This document shows, in pieces, positions 27,421-40,100 of a stretch of 64,000 nucleotides of DNA. The translations under genes and the position numbers were made by a program. How positions within the stretch are numbered: position 1 is the stretch's first letter; each line of letters begins with the position of its first letter. Under the pieces are notes generated by a model, which saw only the letters and a program-made list of their open reading frames with translations, was not told where the DNA came from and did not search any database. This stretch comes from Takakia lepidozioides (Eukaryota > Plantae > Bryophyta), in NCBI GenBank assembly GCA_030704615.1, contig CM060733.1, positions 16,182,001 through 16,246,000 of the forward strand, in the 5' to 3' direction.

Positions 27421-27795
27421 TTTCCATATTTTAATAACTAATAAATCCAAAGATCAGTTTTGTAGTAATATCATACACCAACATTTAATTCACACATCAA
27501 TAAAATAAAGTGCTGCCAGGGCCTCTGTCAAGTAAATAAATAATGTTTTCTCTTATGCAGGCCATTTTTGTTTTTTTTTTTTTTGGAACAGGGGATGGAG
27601 GCCCTGGAAAATATATTAAGAAATACGGGAAAAAAAAACCCATGGGAATACAGCCGTAAAGCATGTTTTACATATAATTTGAATATGTGATATGTGATGT
27701 GATATTTTATTTCAATATAATATTTTTAGGAATTTTTCAACTTAAGAGTTTTAGGGTGGAGCCATTACGCGACTAGCCGCTTGTTGTTATAGCAG

Positions 27796-27895
27796 AGACC
27801 TACGTGGAAATAAGCTCAACGGCAGGATACCTCAGTCTCTGGGCTACTTGCGCTATTTACAACACTTGGATCTCTCGAACAATCTTTCTGGAATA
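27796..27895 (+). pseudogene. Orphan plant-type extracellular LRR exon fragment (LRR-RLK/RLP-like)
   Basis: After the acceptor-like ...TATAGCAG it reads DLRGNKLNGRIPQSLGYLRYLQHLDLSNNLSGI, fitting the plant LxxLxLxxNxLxGxIP consensus. Confidence 0.75.
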
Positions 27896-28207
27896 CATGT
27901 GAGCCTTGCCTACTGTAGGAACACTTGTGATCTTCACCTCTCTTTCCGCAAAAGTCATTTGCTTTTCTGCTCAATGACCCAAGCAGTACACACGACGTCT
28001 TGTCCTCGCTGCATTACTGTAGGACCAGCGATACCAAGACGAGCTTTATTTTCTCGAGCATGATTTTTAAAGAATGAATGGTTGCTACATCAATCCGATC
28101 CTCCCTGACAAATGATGCCCTTCTAACTTAAATGTTTGGCTACTTGTGTTCATAACTAGCGCACACAGATTCTAAAATTATGAGCGACAGGGTGTCAAGC
28201 AATAACT

Positions 28208-29698
28208 TTGAGCTACCTGAATGTCGTTTTCCTTCTTAGAGCATCTCCACCCTCACGCGGAATACCTCCCGCCAACGCCAAAGGGCCATTTTCAGTGCCG
28301 TTTTGGACACAAACGGTACCCCACCCTTTGCACGGAACTGTAAATCCCGTAATGTACAGGCACGAAAAATGGTTCCGCACACAGAATAATCGTACTTCTT
28401 TTAGTGCGCTGAACAAGCAACAGAACAGGCCTCATCATCAGGATGACGACCTCTGGAGCGCTCTCGCATCTACCTGCGTTCCATCGGCTCAACCTGCTCC
28501 TACCAAACGCTCGAAGGGGAAGAATTTCTCGGTGGAAGATGAGCCGCAACTATGTAGATCGTTTCTGGCTGTGTCACAAGACCCGACTACTGGAAACGGC
28601 CAAAAATCCAAAACATTTTGGAAGAGGGTTGGTTTCCATTTCAACTGCAAGCGCCCTGATGGTTTGCCTGAGCGGCCATATCGAGGCCTGGAATCAAAGT
28701 GGCAAACGATCCGCCACGACGTGAGCAAATGGGTGGGAGTGTATGGGCAGGTAGTGGCATTGAGAGAGAGTGGCACTTCAGAGAACGACCAAATGCAGAA
28801 GGCGTTGAAACTCTATGCGGACAAATACCCTAATTTAAACCAATCGTTTGTGTTTCTTCACTGTTGGGAGATCTTCATGCAAGTGCCACGATGGGCAGAG
28901 CTGCGCCTTGATAATTGCAAGAAGACTCCAGAAATGAAAAGAAAGCGGCCGCTTCCCTCAGGTGAGGTAGACGACATCCATGTGGTGGAGGACGATGCAG
29001 ATGCCTTGGGGAAGGAACAACCTGCAACCGCTTCAAATAGAGGTTTTCCCAAGCGCCCTCAAGGTGCAAAGGCTGCAAAGGATGATCAGAGAGAGAAACG
29101 AGTAGCTGAACTTGCAACGAGGGCCCAGACAGCCGCAATTGCCGAAATGGCTGCAACCACAAAAAGAAGAGCTGAAGCCTTGTCCGATGCCTCAACATTG
29201 AGCCTCTTCACCCTACCTGGGATGGAGCACAATGATGAGGCCCTTGAATACTTGAGGTTGCGATGCTCTGAGGAGCTATTGAAGGTGAAGTTCTGTATCC
29301 AAGGCGTTGAAGCTGCTATGAAGGCTGTCGAGGTCACCCAAGCGAAGACCAATCCTCCCCCAATTATTCCCCCTTCTATTGCTCCAACTCTTGTAAGTCA
29401 GCCGTCACTGGCAGAGCATCATAGTCCAACAGATTTTGTTGTGAACCTATCTCCCAAATTTAATGAACTGTTCATTGCAGAAAACCAAGGTTCTTTCCGT
29501 CCATACCAAGAGTATTTCAAGCCAGTAGAGAGCAGAAATGAGGCATTCAGACCTGCGAACCAATTTATTCCTCCCTGTCGTGTTGATGATCAATTCTACA
29601 CCCCCGCGCCATTCCAACAAGAGGCTGGCAATCGCCCAGACCTTGATGAGTCACAAGGAGAGGATTCAGAATATAGGGTGGATTGCACATTCGAATAG
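28208..29698 (+). CDS. Myb-like / NAM-associated domain protein (Harbinger/Pong ORF1 type); the true start is probably downstream of the TIR
   Basis: Open 496-codon frame with KGKNFSVEDEPQLCRSFLAVSQDPTTGNGQKSKTFWKRV, LESKWQTIRHDVSKW, FVFLHCWEI...PRW and RPQGAKAAK motifs typical of this family. Confidence 0.8.
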   Translation: MSYLNVVFLLRASPPSRGIPPANAKGPFSVPFWTQTVPHPLHGTVNPVMYRHEKWFRTQNNRTSFSALNKQQNRPHHQDDDLWSALASTCVPSAQPAPTKRSKGKNFSVEDEPQLCRSFLAVSQDPTTGNGQKSKTFWKRVGFHFNCKRPDGLPERPYRGLESKWQTIRHDVSKWVGVYGQVVALRESGTSENDQMQKALKLYADKYPNLNQSFVFLHCWEIFMQVPRWAELRLDNCKKTPEMKRKRPLPSGEVDDIHVVEDDADALGKEQPATASNRGFPKRPQGAKAAKDDQREKRVAELATRAQTAAIAEMAATTKRRAEALSDASTLSLFTLPGMEHNDEALEYLRLRCSEELLKVKFCIQGVEAAMKAVEVTQAKTNPPPIIPPSIAPTLVSQPSLAEHHSPTDFVVNLSPKFNELFIAENQGSFRPYQEYFKPVESRNEAFRPANQFIPPCRVDDQFYTPAPFQQEAGNRPDLDESQGEDSEYRVDCTFE

Positions 29699-30266
29699 CA
29701 CTCAGACAGCACTACCATCGCAAAACTTGCTTCAATTTGCATGTAGTGTGGCTTCATAGATTCCTAACAGGTGTTATGATGATTGTATGAGGGCCTCCGG
29801 AGCCTAACATTTTTTTAATACATTGTGGACAGGCCCCAAGCACACTGAAGTTTCTTGTTTGTGTTTTTGTACATACTAGCACTCAGACAGTCCTATCATC
29901 GCAAAAATTGCTTCAATTTGCATGTATGTGGCTTCATAGATTCCTAACAAGTGCTATGACGATTGTATGAGGGCCTCCAAAGCCTAACATTTTTTTAATA
30001 CATTGTGGATAGGCCCCAAGCACATCTGAAGTTTCTTGTTTGTGTTTTCGTACATACTAGCACTCAGACAGCCCTACCATCGCAAAACTTGCTTCAATTT
30101 GCATGTAGTGTGGCTTCATAGATTCCTAACAAGTGTTATGACGATTGTATGAGGGCATCCATAGCCTAACGTTTTTATAATACATTGTGGACAGGTCCCA
30201 AGCACATCTCAAAATTCTTGTTTGTGTTTTCGTACATACTGGCACTCAGACTGCCCTACCATCGCA
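28239..30266 (+). mobile_element. PIF/Harbinger (Pong-like) element, left part; right boundary uncertain
   Basis: TTA|GAGCATCTCCACC terminus at 28236-28251 (Harbinger/Tourist-type TIR with TTA flank), followed by the Myb/NAM-associated ORF. The right TIR and DDE ORF were not found. Confidence 0.72.
29696..30266. repeat. ~181-bp tandem repeat, ~3.1 copies
   Basis: Unit TAGCACTCAGACAG...GTACATAC starts at ~29696, 29877, 30058 and 30240 (partial). Confidence 0.92.
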
Positions 30267-30299
30267 CCCATAGGTTAGTTTTGCTTATGGTGTGGCTTG

Positions 30300-32020
30300 G
30301 TAGGTGGGGGGCCTATGCACTAGGAATGTGTGGAGCCCTCCCCCATGCTATTCTCATGTTTTGGCATCAACATATGCCCCAGTTTGTGAGTATGTCTTCA
30401 AAAACCACAATGTGTCAACTTAGGATCATGTCATTCCATGTTTTTGACATTCTTTGTGAGAATTCAGGACTACAATACGTGGGGGGCTTCACAGGAAATG
30501 TGTGGAGCCCTCTCACATTCCATTCTCATTTGTTGGCATGAAGATATGGCCCAATTTGTGAAGATGTCTTCCAAAACTTAGAAAATGAGTCTTAGCATCA
30601 TACAATTCAATATTTGAGATGTTTTTGGTGAAAACAAAGGGCTGCAATAGGTGGGGGGCCTCACTACCAATGTATAGAGCCCTCCCACATGCCATTATCA
30701 TTTGTTGGCATGAAGATATGCCCCAATTTGTGAAAATATGTTCCAAAACCTAGAAAATGAGTCTTAGCATCATAGAATTCAATCTTCATGATGTTTTTAG
30801 TGCAAATTAAGGCTTCAGTAGGTGGGGGGCCTCACTACCAATGTCGCGGCCCTTTGCCTTGAGGGCAGGGGGTCGGGACGTAGAGGGGCTGCCCTTGTGG
30901 TGGGGGCGGTGGCAGCAATAGGTACGGCGGGCTGAAGCACCCTTGAGTGCCCAAGGCACTCAAGGAGGCGGAGGCGCTCACTAGGTGGAGCCCCGCACAC
31001 CGGGTTGCGGTGGGGGTGGCTCCACAAGGGGTGGTGGTAGCTTAGTGGGACTTAGTGGGGGTGGCATAGGACTCACCATGGGGCGGAGACCTTGTGGTGG
31101 GAGTCGTGGGGAGTCTTGGGACTCACCATGGTCCAATGGGGCCGTGGTGGGTGGGCCAAGACTCATCGCGACTCATCACCGGGAATCGAGGGTCTTCGTG
31201 GTGGTTTGCCATAAAATGGCATGGTTGTTTGTGAAACCCCCGCGGACAGTCACAGAAGTATATATAGGGAGTAGTAACCCCGAGAACGGTGCAAGCCCGT
31301 TGGTGACCAAAAACTAGTGAATAAGCGTGCGAGCCGGAAAGCGACCAAGGAGTGGGGAGCTATTCCGGACTGCCATCTATCAAAGGGAATTTCCACTAGG
31401 CCCAAATTGGTGGAGGGTCTGTTGGGGGAGAAAAGAGGGACCGTTATGTCCCGGTGAGCAGCCGAAGCTCTGAGTTGGCCCGGCGGCCAGGTTGGGAGTT
31501 AGGCACGCGCTTCAAAGCAAGTAACTATGACTTGAAGGGGAGCTTACCAAAGTGAGGTGTGTGACAACCAATGTGTAGAGCCCTCCCACATGCCATTCTC
31601 ATTTGTTGGCATGAAGATATGCCCCAATTTGTGAATATCTGTTCCAAAACCTAGAAAATGAGTCTTAGCATCATATAATTCAATCTTCATGATGTTTTTG
31701 GTGAAAATTGAGTAGGTGGGGGGCCTCACTACCATTGTGTAGAGCCCTCCCACATGCCATTCTCATTTGTTGGCATGAAGGTATGGCCCAATTTGTGAAG
31801 ATGTGTTTCAAAACCTAGAAATTGACTCTTAGCATCATACTAATCAGACTGTGAGATGTTTTTGGTGCAAACTCAAGGCTGCATTAGGTGGGAGGCTTCA
31901 CTAGGCATGTGAGGAGCCCTCTTACATTCCATTCTTATTTGTTGGCATAAAGTTATGCCCCAATTTGTGAATATGCCTTACAAAACGTAAAATATTCCAC
32001 TTGGCATCCTATAATTCATA
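30300..32020. repeat. ~170-bp tandem array (~6 units) interrupted by a solo LTR
   Basis: Recurrent GGTGGGGGGCCTCACTA...GAGCCCTCCCACATGCCATTCTCATTTGTTGGCATGAAG...CCCAATTTGTGAA...AAAATGAGTCTTAGCATCA. Confidence 0.9.
30842..31566 (+). mobile_element. Solo LTR of the Galadriel-like Gypsy family; TSD ACCAA
   Basis: TGTCGCGGCC...GTGTGACA matches the LTRs at 59420-60138 and, inverted, 20141-20866; ACCAA at 30837-30841 and 31567-31571. Confidence 0.96.
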
Positions 32021-34105
32021 ACCGAATCCTTTATGCATGTCAAGCACATGAAGTAACACACTTTATTGATAGAGTACAATCAAAACATTGTGGCACATTT
32101 CAACCCGTGGCATCTTGGGTAGCAAAAGTAAGATTGTTGAGAGTCGACTCACTTTCGCTCCTTCGTACAAGATAGTTCTCGCCTCCCTCTCCATGTCATT
32201 TGAGGGGGCATATCCGGATCATCGATTGGCCGGGTTTCTTCTCCATCAGATGCATCAGCACAAACATGATGCATTAAGAGATCTTTCATGGCTTGCACAT
32301 CCTCCTGGTTAATTCCATCCTCATTGTTGTTGTCACTGTCACTGTCACTGTCATCGTCATCATCGTTCAGTACCGTGGGGGCAGCGTCTCCCCCACGGCT
32401 CCCACCTGATGTACTTGGGTTGTTTTTGGATGGGGTGCCAAGAGAAAGGACCGGGAAGGGAGGGACAAAGTCCTGATATGAACAAATGAACATACTGGCA
32501 TATATTATAATGTGTCATTGCAACCATACAACTTATTATAAGCGAAATGCAAACAACAACCTTCAATGTGTGCATGCATCAAATATGTCATTCAGTAATT
32601 ACATGTATGTGCGCAACGTCACGCATGCAAAGTTTCTAATCTAAAAAAAATCATTTGCCCCCCCAAGGACGCGTTCACCCTATCAACCAATTTTGTTTAT
32701 TAATGTGAAAGAAAATCCTCTCATGCCATTGCACCCATCAAACGGATGTGGCTCAAGCTTCATTTTTTTCCCACATATGCTTAAATATATGTGCAACACC
32801 TGTGCAAAGATTCAACAGATTTAAAATTTAAATAAAAATAAAAAATAAAAACCTCCCCAACGACGCACTTACCCTTGAAACAATTTTAAATTAAATCGAA
32901 TTTAAAATAAATATTTGCATTTAGAAAATATAGGATTGCGGTTTTGAGGGGCGTAATGATTTTATTTTGGCTCTATTTTATTCCGTGACATCAGGGTTTG
33001 CACCACTATATCCATGAAATTGGACAAAACAAAAATGGAAAAAAAAACAAAGTGTGTTTCTAGGGTCAATTTTGCAGAACTCTCTATGAAAAGTGCATGA
33101 AGTTGAAAATAACTCAACTTTGGAGTGCAAATGAGAGAAGAAAATATGGTTATGGGTCCAAATGACTTTTGTTTACTACCAAATTTTGCATGCACATTGC
33201 ATATGCTGTCATTAAGCATATGGCTTCATAATGGAATAAAAACAAATCATGTGCAGGCGAAATGCAGTTTTCCGTCTCTACGACACGTAGCTGCGTTCAA
33301 CACTTGAATGACCCATTGAATGAAATTGGTTCAAGCTCATATTTGGTCCACACGTGCATACGTATGTTCAGATCACATATGCAAAGTCGCAACCCACACG
33401 AGCAACAAGAAAAAATATTTACATCACTCAATCGGATGTATACAAAGTACATCATGAGAATTTATACAATGTCCCTCTACGTTATCCATATCTCAAAGAA
33501 ACCCTATTTCTATCATACACATCCCACTCACGCTGTAATCGGAGGTCCCAATCATCCCGGGAGAACTTGTATGATGCAAAAAGTTCGTTGCCGCCCTAAT
33601 AGTCCTACTAGCACATGTCATCACAAACATGTGCATCCCCTCACAGTATTGTAGGGGAGAATGTGGAGGAGAAACTAACCTCGTCTTGAGCGCGAGGTGG
33701 TCGCCACGCGGAGGCGCCCTAGCGCCGCTCCAACCCCACTGGTAAGCTCCCTCCTTCTCTCACTTCCACTCTTCCTCTCCAAACCCTAAGAGGGTGCTAA
33801 CACCTCTGTCCCCTGGGTGGTAGGAAAGCCGCGTAGAGGCGGGAGCTGCAGCAGCACAAAAGAGAGAGAGGCGCGGCGGAGCGGGGGAGAGAGGCCTTCC
33901 GGCAGTGGGGACACGCGCCGTAGGCAGCATCGCTGGCGCCATAGAGGTAGGCCCTCTCCCTCTCTCTCTATCCTTTGTTCCTTTTTGTGGGGAGTGACAA
34001 AACAGAGGGAAGATATTCATGTCATGTCAAGACATGGACAAGACCCACTATGGTCATTGTCAATTAAAGACATAGACAACCCAAAAGGTAAGAACAGCCT
34101 GGGTA

Positions 34106-34680
34106 GGTAAGAACAGCTTGCCCTACAACAGATTCAGGGTATGTACATACAAGCTCCTTGAAGGACCAGCCTGCAATTTACCGGATTTCAAACACGCAAC
34201 CAAGTAATCTTCTTGGGCATGACAAAACACATTGCAGCTTCGCTCTTTGCCATTTGTAAGTACCCCAAGACATGCAACATGCAAGGCTCCTTGGATAGGT
34301 AAGAACAGCTTGTCCTACTACAGATCTAGGATATGTTCATACAAGTACCTTGAAGGACCAGCCTGCAATTAATTACATTTCAGGCATGCAACCAAGTAAA
34401 CTCCTTGGGCATGACAAACCATATTGCAACTTCACACTTGGCCAATTGTAAGTACCCCAAGACATGCATCGTGCAAGGCCTCTTGGGTAGATAAGAACAG
34501 CCTGCCATTGTACAGATTCAAGACATGTGTACACGAGCATCTTGATGGACTAGCCTGCAGTTTATCAGACTCCAAGCATGCAACCAAGTGACCCACTTGG
34601 GCATGACGAGACAGACTGCAACTTCATTCTACACCATGTACAGTTGCCCCAAGATATGCATCATGTAAGGCATTTTTGGC
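34106..34680. repeat. ~192-bp tandem repeat, 3 diverged copies
   Basis: Unit GGTAAGAACAGC...GGACCAGCCTGCA...CAACCAAGT...TTGGGCATGAC...CCCCAAGACATGCA at ~34106, 34298 and 34490. Confidence 0.88.
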
Positions 34681-35859
34681 ATGGAAGAAAGGCCTGCCAT
34701 GTTACAGCTCCAAGATATGGACACACATACACTTTGAGTGCCCAAGACCAAGCCCACTTGACCAAAAAAATAAATCATACATTGCAGGTGGCTGGTCTGA
34801 TGGCAAAATAAGGCAAAAAATCACTGGCAAAGGTCCAGTAGAGCTTACCAGCACTGTTTTCCAGGAGGCTAATGCCATGTTTTGCAAATAAAACCTCACT
34901 ATGCTCCATTCCACACCAAATCCAGGCCTGAAAGATGCCTATCATTGCCTTATCAAGCTGCCATCTTTAAAAACAGGGCCTCCTCTTCCTTAGAACCTAA
35001 AAACCACTGATGCCTTTACCCATAAACCATCATTCATCTTTTAAGGCCAAAACTGTACCTAGTTTAAAAATCCACAGGCAATGATGTCAAAGATTCAAGA
35101 CAAGGTAAGGTCCAGATGCTGGGCTTCAAGAGACAAGCCTGCCAGGCCGAAGTGCTCCATCAAAGGCAGCAAAATATAAGGCAAAAGTAAGCATCAGCAT
35201 GCCAAACCAGGAGCAAGCGGGCCGAAACTGGGGCTGCAGGCAGCAGCCAGGTCATGACGCCATACAGAATAGGTTCCCTTTGCCCACATCCTTATCTGCA
35301 AGCTCAAGAGAATTCAAAGCAAGTAGGGATCCTCACCTAGTCCCATCACAAGCCCCCACAAAAACCAACATGTTAGTGAGGATTGTGGAACCCCAGGTGA
35401 ATCATAGACCCCTACACTTGTCATCGATGTCAACTAAGAACCTCAAAAGCAAGAGAGAAAGACATAAAGTAAAAGGAACCCTAATCATCAAAAGCACCTT
35501 GAGCGATTGGGGAAGATAACTGTTTGCCATCGCCACCAGCAAGCCACCTCCAGCACAGCTAAGGAGAAGTGAAGCATACAAGCATCTTTGCTAGGTTTAA
35601 GAAGGGAGAGAGAGAGATACTTCCCCACACAAGTGCCGCTGCGAAACATAAAATCCAGAGGAGGGAAAGAGACGATGCATTCACAACATTGTCTCCCGCC
35701 TGTGAGAAGAGACAAAACGCCGCCATTGCGCATCCCCAAGAGCTCGTCCAGCATGGGCACGAAGCAGCAGACAAGGTAGCAGCAAAACGCTGACGCCATA
35801 ACTCACATCCCGCGAGCTCAGAAGCACGAGGAGTGCTGCTGACGGCGAGAGAGACACCC

Positions 35860-37140
35860 TAGGGCCATGCCCGATTTTTCATCCGTGCAGATGAGTATTC
35901 AACACCATTTTTTTCAAAAACCCGACGGATGTCATCCGTTAGCTAGGTTCAAACAGTAGGTTATAGGGTAGGGGTTAGGGTTTCACTCCTTAATTAGCCA
36001 TAATTAAGGATAATTAATCAACAGTCCAGGGCCATCATAGGCGGCATATTTCATCCGGTTCAGATGAAAAAGTCAATAAGTTCATCCAGTTGGAGAAGGT
36101 TCGTCAATAGGATGGAAAAACAGTACATAATATCCAAGGCAACGGTTTCACATCCTAACAGGTAATTCAACATCCCCAAAAGAAATGCCTCATCCAGTAC
36201 AGAAAAAAACCATAAAAGAGGAATAAACGAATTAATATCCTGGTATTTTTCATCCGGTATGGATGGAAAAAATACATATAGGATGTCAGTGTCAACCCCT
36301 ACAGAGGCAATTCCTCATTCTCTGGTGACTCATCCGGTATGGGGTGAAAGTCAATAAAAGAAGAATGAAAAAATCATAGACTCAACTTAAAGGTAATTTA
36401 GTGTCCACCCTGTCACAATCCATCCGGTATAGATGGAAAAACAGGAAATTAACACTGATAAAACCGGCCAATTCCAAGGAGGGAGGGAGAGAGAGGGAGA
36501 GGGAGAGGGAGAGACGGTGCAAGAAAAAAAAAAATGGTGGGGGGGGGGAGGGGGGGTGACTTAGCAGCAGCTGCTCAGTCAGTCCCCCCCCACATTTTTT
36601 TTTTTTTTTTTTTTTTTTCATGCACTCTCTCTCTCTCCCTCTCTCTCCCTCTAGAGACTGGGTTTATGGAATTGTTGTCCCAACTTCCATCCTTGAAAAG
36701 ATTGAAAAATTGGGTTGCAGGGAATTTAGATGTTTTTCATCTAGAATACATCCATTTTTCCCTAGTGAGACATTTTTTCATTAATACCTGTGAGGTTTTG
36801 CTTCATCCGGACATCAACCCGGAATATACTGATTGCAAAACTCCCGTCAGTATTTTTTTTTTAAATCCAACCTGGATGAAAAAACGACTTCATCTGACAG
36901 GACCTAAATACGGGACAAGACAGGTATACAATTTTTTTTTTTACCCCAATGTTTTTTCATCTAACCTAGATGAAAAGCGGACTGCATCCGTCGAGTTCAA
37001 GACAGGATGAACGCACGATGTTTTTCATCTTCCGCGAATGAGAAACGGACAACGTCCGTCGGGCGTATAGGCTGGTGGATGTTTTTCATCCTAAGGATGA
37101 ATGACGAGCCAGACAAGGGAAAACCCTGCGCAACCCTAAT
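35860..37140. mobile_element. Putative non-autonomous DNA-transposon-like element: TTCATCC/GGATGAA motif-rich arms around a central palindrome
   Basis: Many (T)TTCATCC(G) and GGATGAA/GGATGGAA motifs in both orientations on either side of a foldback at 36481-36651; termini and TSD not established. Confidence 0.4.
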
Positions 37141-40100
37141 GTTTTTCTTTTTGCGCTGCGAGAGTGCGCGCGATGGCGGCTATGCGGGCTCTTTAAGGCG
37201 ATGGTGGTGGCTTAGAGATGAGGGAAGATTCATTGTCTCATTTGTCTGTTTTTTTGCTGCACAAGGGAACCACGGCAGTGATGGCGGAGGTACCACCTGC
37301 CTGCTTATGAAGTTTCCCTAGGAGCCCTCCTCTGGATCTTTGATGAATGGCGGCGTCTTGGTAGAACAAGGAAGTCTCTCTCTCCCTCCCTTTATAAACC
37401 CTACCTTTGAGAACAAGCTCTTTTTTCTTGTGTTTGGCAAGACTTTGCTTTGGTTAAGCTGTGGTGTTGGCGGAGACCTCCCTGCACGGTTAGGCTTGTG
37501 GAGAGATTACGACTCTCCCCCAAACAGTAAAAAAAATTCTTTTTCTGTTTGTTTTGCTTCCGTGTTTTCTTTGGCATTCTCTGCGCTTAGATTCAAGTGT
37601 ATTTGACCTCGATAACAAGTGTGGAAGCCTGCTACTCACCTCGTGCATCCTCACTAACTCACAATGAGTTGTGGTTGTTTTTTTGCGACGGGCACATGTG
37701 AGGGCTTCCACTTAATATGTTGATGTCTAGGTGCTGCTGGATGCCAAGTGGGTTGCAGAGCTGGGGAAGGAATCGCTGGCCATGGACTCATCTTAAAATG
37801 TTGAAAAACTAAACTACTCTATGGTTTTTCTTGATCCTACCTCTTTCTTTTATTTATTTATGAAGAACAAGTGTAATGCTTTCTATGATGGGCTATTTCG
37901 GCCCAGCCAGTGGAAGACCTCTGCTTTGTTGTTACAACTGGGTTTATGATGGCATGTGTGAGAGACACACATCTGTTTCCCAGGCCCTAGTTTGCTTTGC
38001 TTACCTTATGGTAGTTGGAAACAAAATGAGAGGCTGCAAGGAACTGTTTGCTGCAGCTACTCGGGTACCCATGTTGGTAAAATGCCCCTATTATGTTCCA
38101 ACCCAGATGGCTTTGTTAGCAAGATGCTTAGGCCAGGGTATAGTAAAGATTATGCTTGTGGCTATTCGGCTGACACTGAAATATGGCAACAATATAATTG
38201 GTGACTGGTTTTTGAGGCAACCATGGTGGTTAAGTGGAAATACCCCTTGGACATGGTGTAATGACGTGGTCAGACGTGGAATGATGTGAATAGGGTGTGC
38301 TGACAGTATCATATACTGTCACAGGATGTGTATACAGTCCTTTATTTTTATCTTGTTGTGTCATGAACTTTAAGTTTCAGCCGTAGCAAGAAATAATGGT
38401 ATAGGGGTACTCTGGAAAACTTACCAGACATATCCCCCTCCCCTGTGGGGGCAAGCTGTGCTGCAGACCAGTTTAAACAAATACTGGCAGGGCAAGGTAT
38501 TTAAATCTGTGATATCCAAGTTCTCTTTTTTCTTTTTCTTTAAAAAAAAAAAACCCAAAAAAACAGGCAGTGATTGCGACACGAGGGCTCCAAGAAACGC
38601 TGACGCCGTAGCTGTGTAGGACTTAGCCATTTCAACTTCTTCTCTAATGCGCCCGCTAGATAGCTAAGTTAGGCCAACCACTATCAAGAACTGCAAAGTA
38701 GTAGGCTTCTTGATTATTTCTTAGACAGCCCGATATTTTAGTTATGGCTAAACAGAGTGGCAGAACCCGCTGCGACTACTCCCTGAGAGAGAGGTCGAGA
38801 TATAGAGTCGGTGCCATTGTATTTCTAAACAATGGAGTGTATGCGAAAGGTGCAGAGGAAGGAGGCGCTGCTGATGAGCGTTTCCAGGGAAATAGCAGGA
38901 ACACACAGGGCCAAATGCAAGCGAATTTAATTGATGAAGAAAGGTGCACTACACACCTTATCGCCATGGCAGGGCGTGCTAAGGCCAGAAGCCAGAGCTA
39001 AATGCAGCAAACCCCATGATGGCCGCAGAGCCAACAGCCAATGGCTAGGTCAACAGAAACACTACAAAGCCAAACGGAAGAACCGCAGGCTGAGGCGCTT
39101 GAGACAACAAGAATGGAAACCAGGGGCAATATACGTGAGAGTAGTGCAATGTTCTGATCGAAGGAAGCACAAGGCTTAGCTCCCATCAGATAGTGGAGTA
39201 GGCGAGAAGGTTACGAAGCTGCGTATTGTCAAGCAAAGATAGACAACAACCCAATCTGCATACGGGCGGAGCTCACGTACAAAACAAAGAAGGACGCAAG
39301 GTAGGAAGTATAAAGAAGGAAACAAGAAAGCTCTCTCGCTATTCTTTCTGCTGCTATTGACAATGTCATGCGATACTAAGCCTGGTCGGCAGCTACATTT
39401 AGTAAGGCCCAACGAGAGGGAGGCGACTCAGAACGAGGACAAGCACTTGCATATGGTTGGAGCAAGTTGTGTAGTTAGCAGCCCCAAGAGGAGCGTAGGT
39501 GCTGATATTCCCTAAACGTGATGGAGAAGACGATAAGAAAGAGCATTGTGGGAAGGCCAGTGAGTGTCGGAAAGCCAGGTCTGCCAATTGAGGTTGAGTG
39601 GGACAAGGTAGCCAACACTACGGGAAATGGCAAGGCCTCGGTACACACCGACAACGAGCAAAGGCAAATCCACAGACAAAATACAGATAAGCTCGAAACC
39701 TACATTAATGACAAGTTCTGGCATGTTGATATGAAAAGTCCCTGCAAGAACACAGCTACACTCTTTAAGATGACACTCTCTCTTTCTACAATAACAAGAC
39801 TCCCTCGTCTCAACATCGATCTACACATGCACAGCGAGGCCCTGAAACTAACACCTTATCAATCAATCAAAAGCAAGATACTCTACTCTAAAGTCCTGAC
39901 TCGAACACCATTAATTTTACTCTCATGCCCAAGAAGCACTCAAATTTGCTACACCTATGGACAAGATGACAAACAAGAGCGATTCAAACCACTAACAAGA
40001 AAACTAGGATCCATCCCTGTGGAAACCTCTGTGGAAACCTATGTTGCGGAACCAACCATACACTAGTCAGTGTACCAATTATGCATAACAAAAACACTAT

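Noticed and set aside
35955-35985. Telomere-like TAGGG/TTAGGG words
   Set aside because: Only a few degenerate units; not an interstitial telomeric array.
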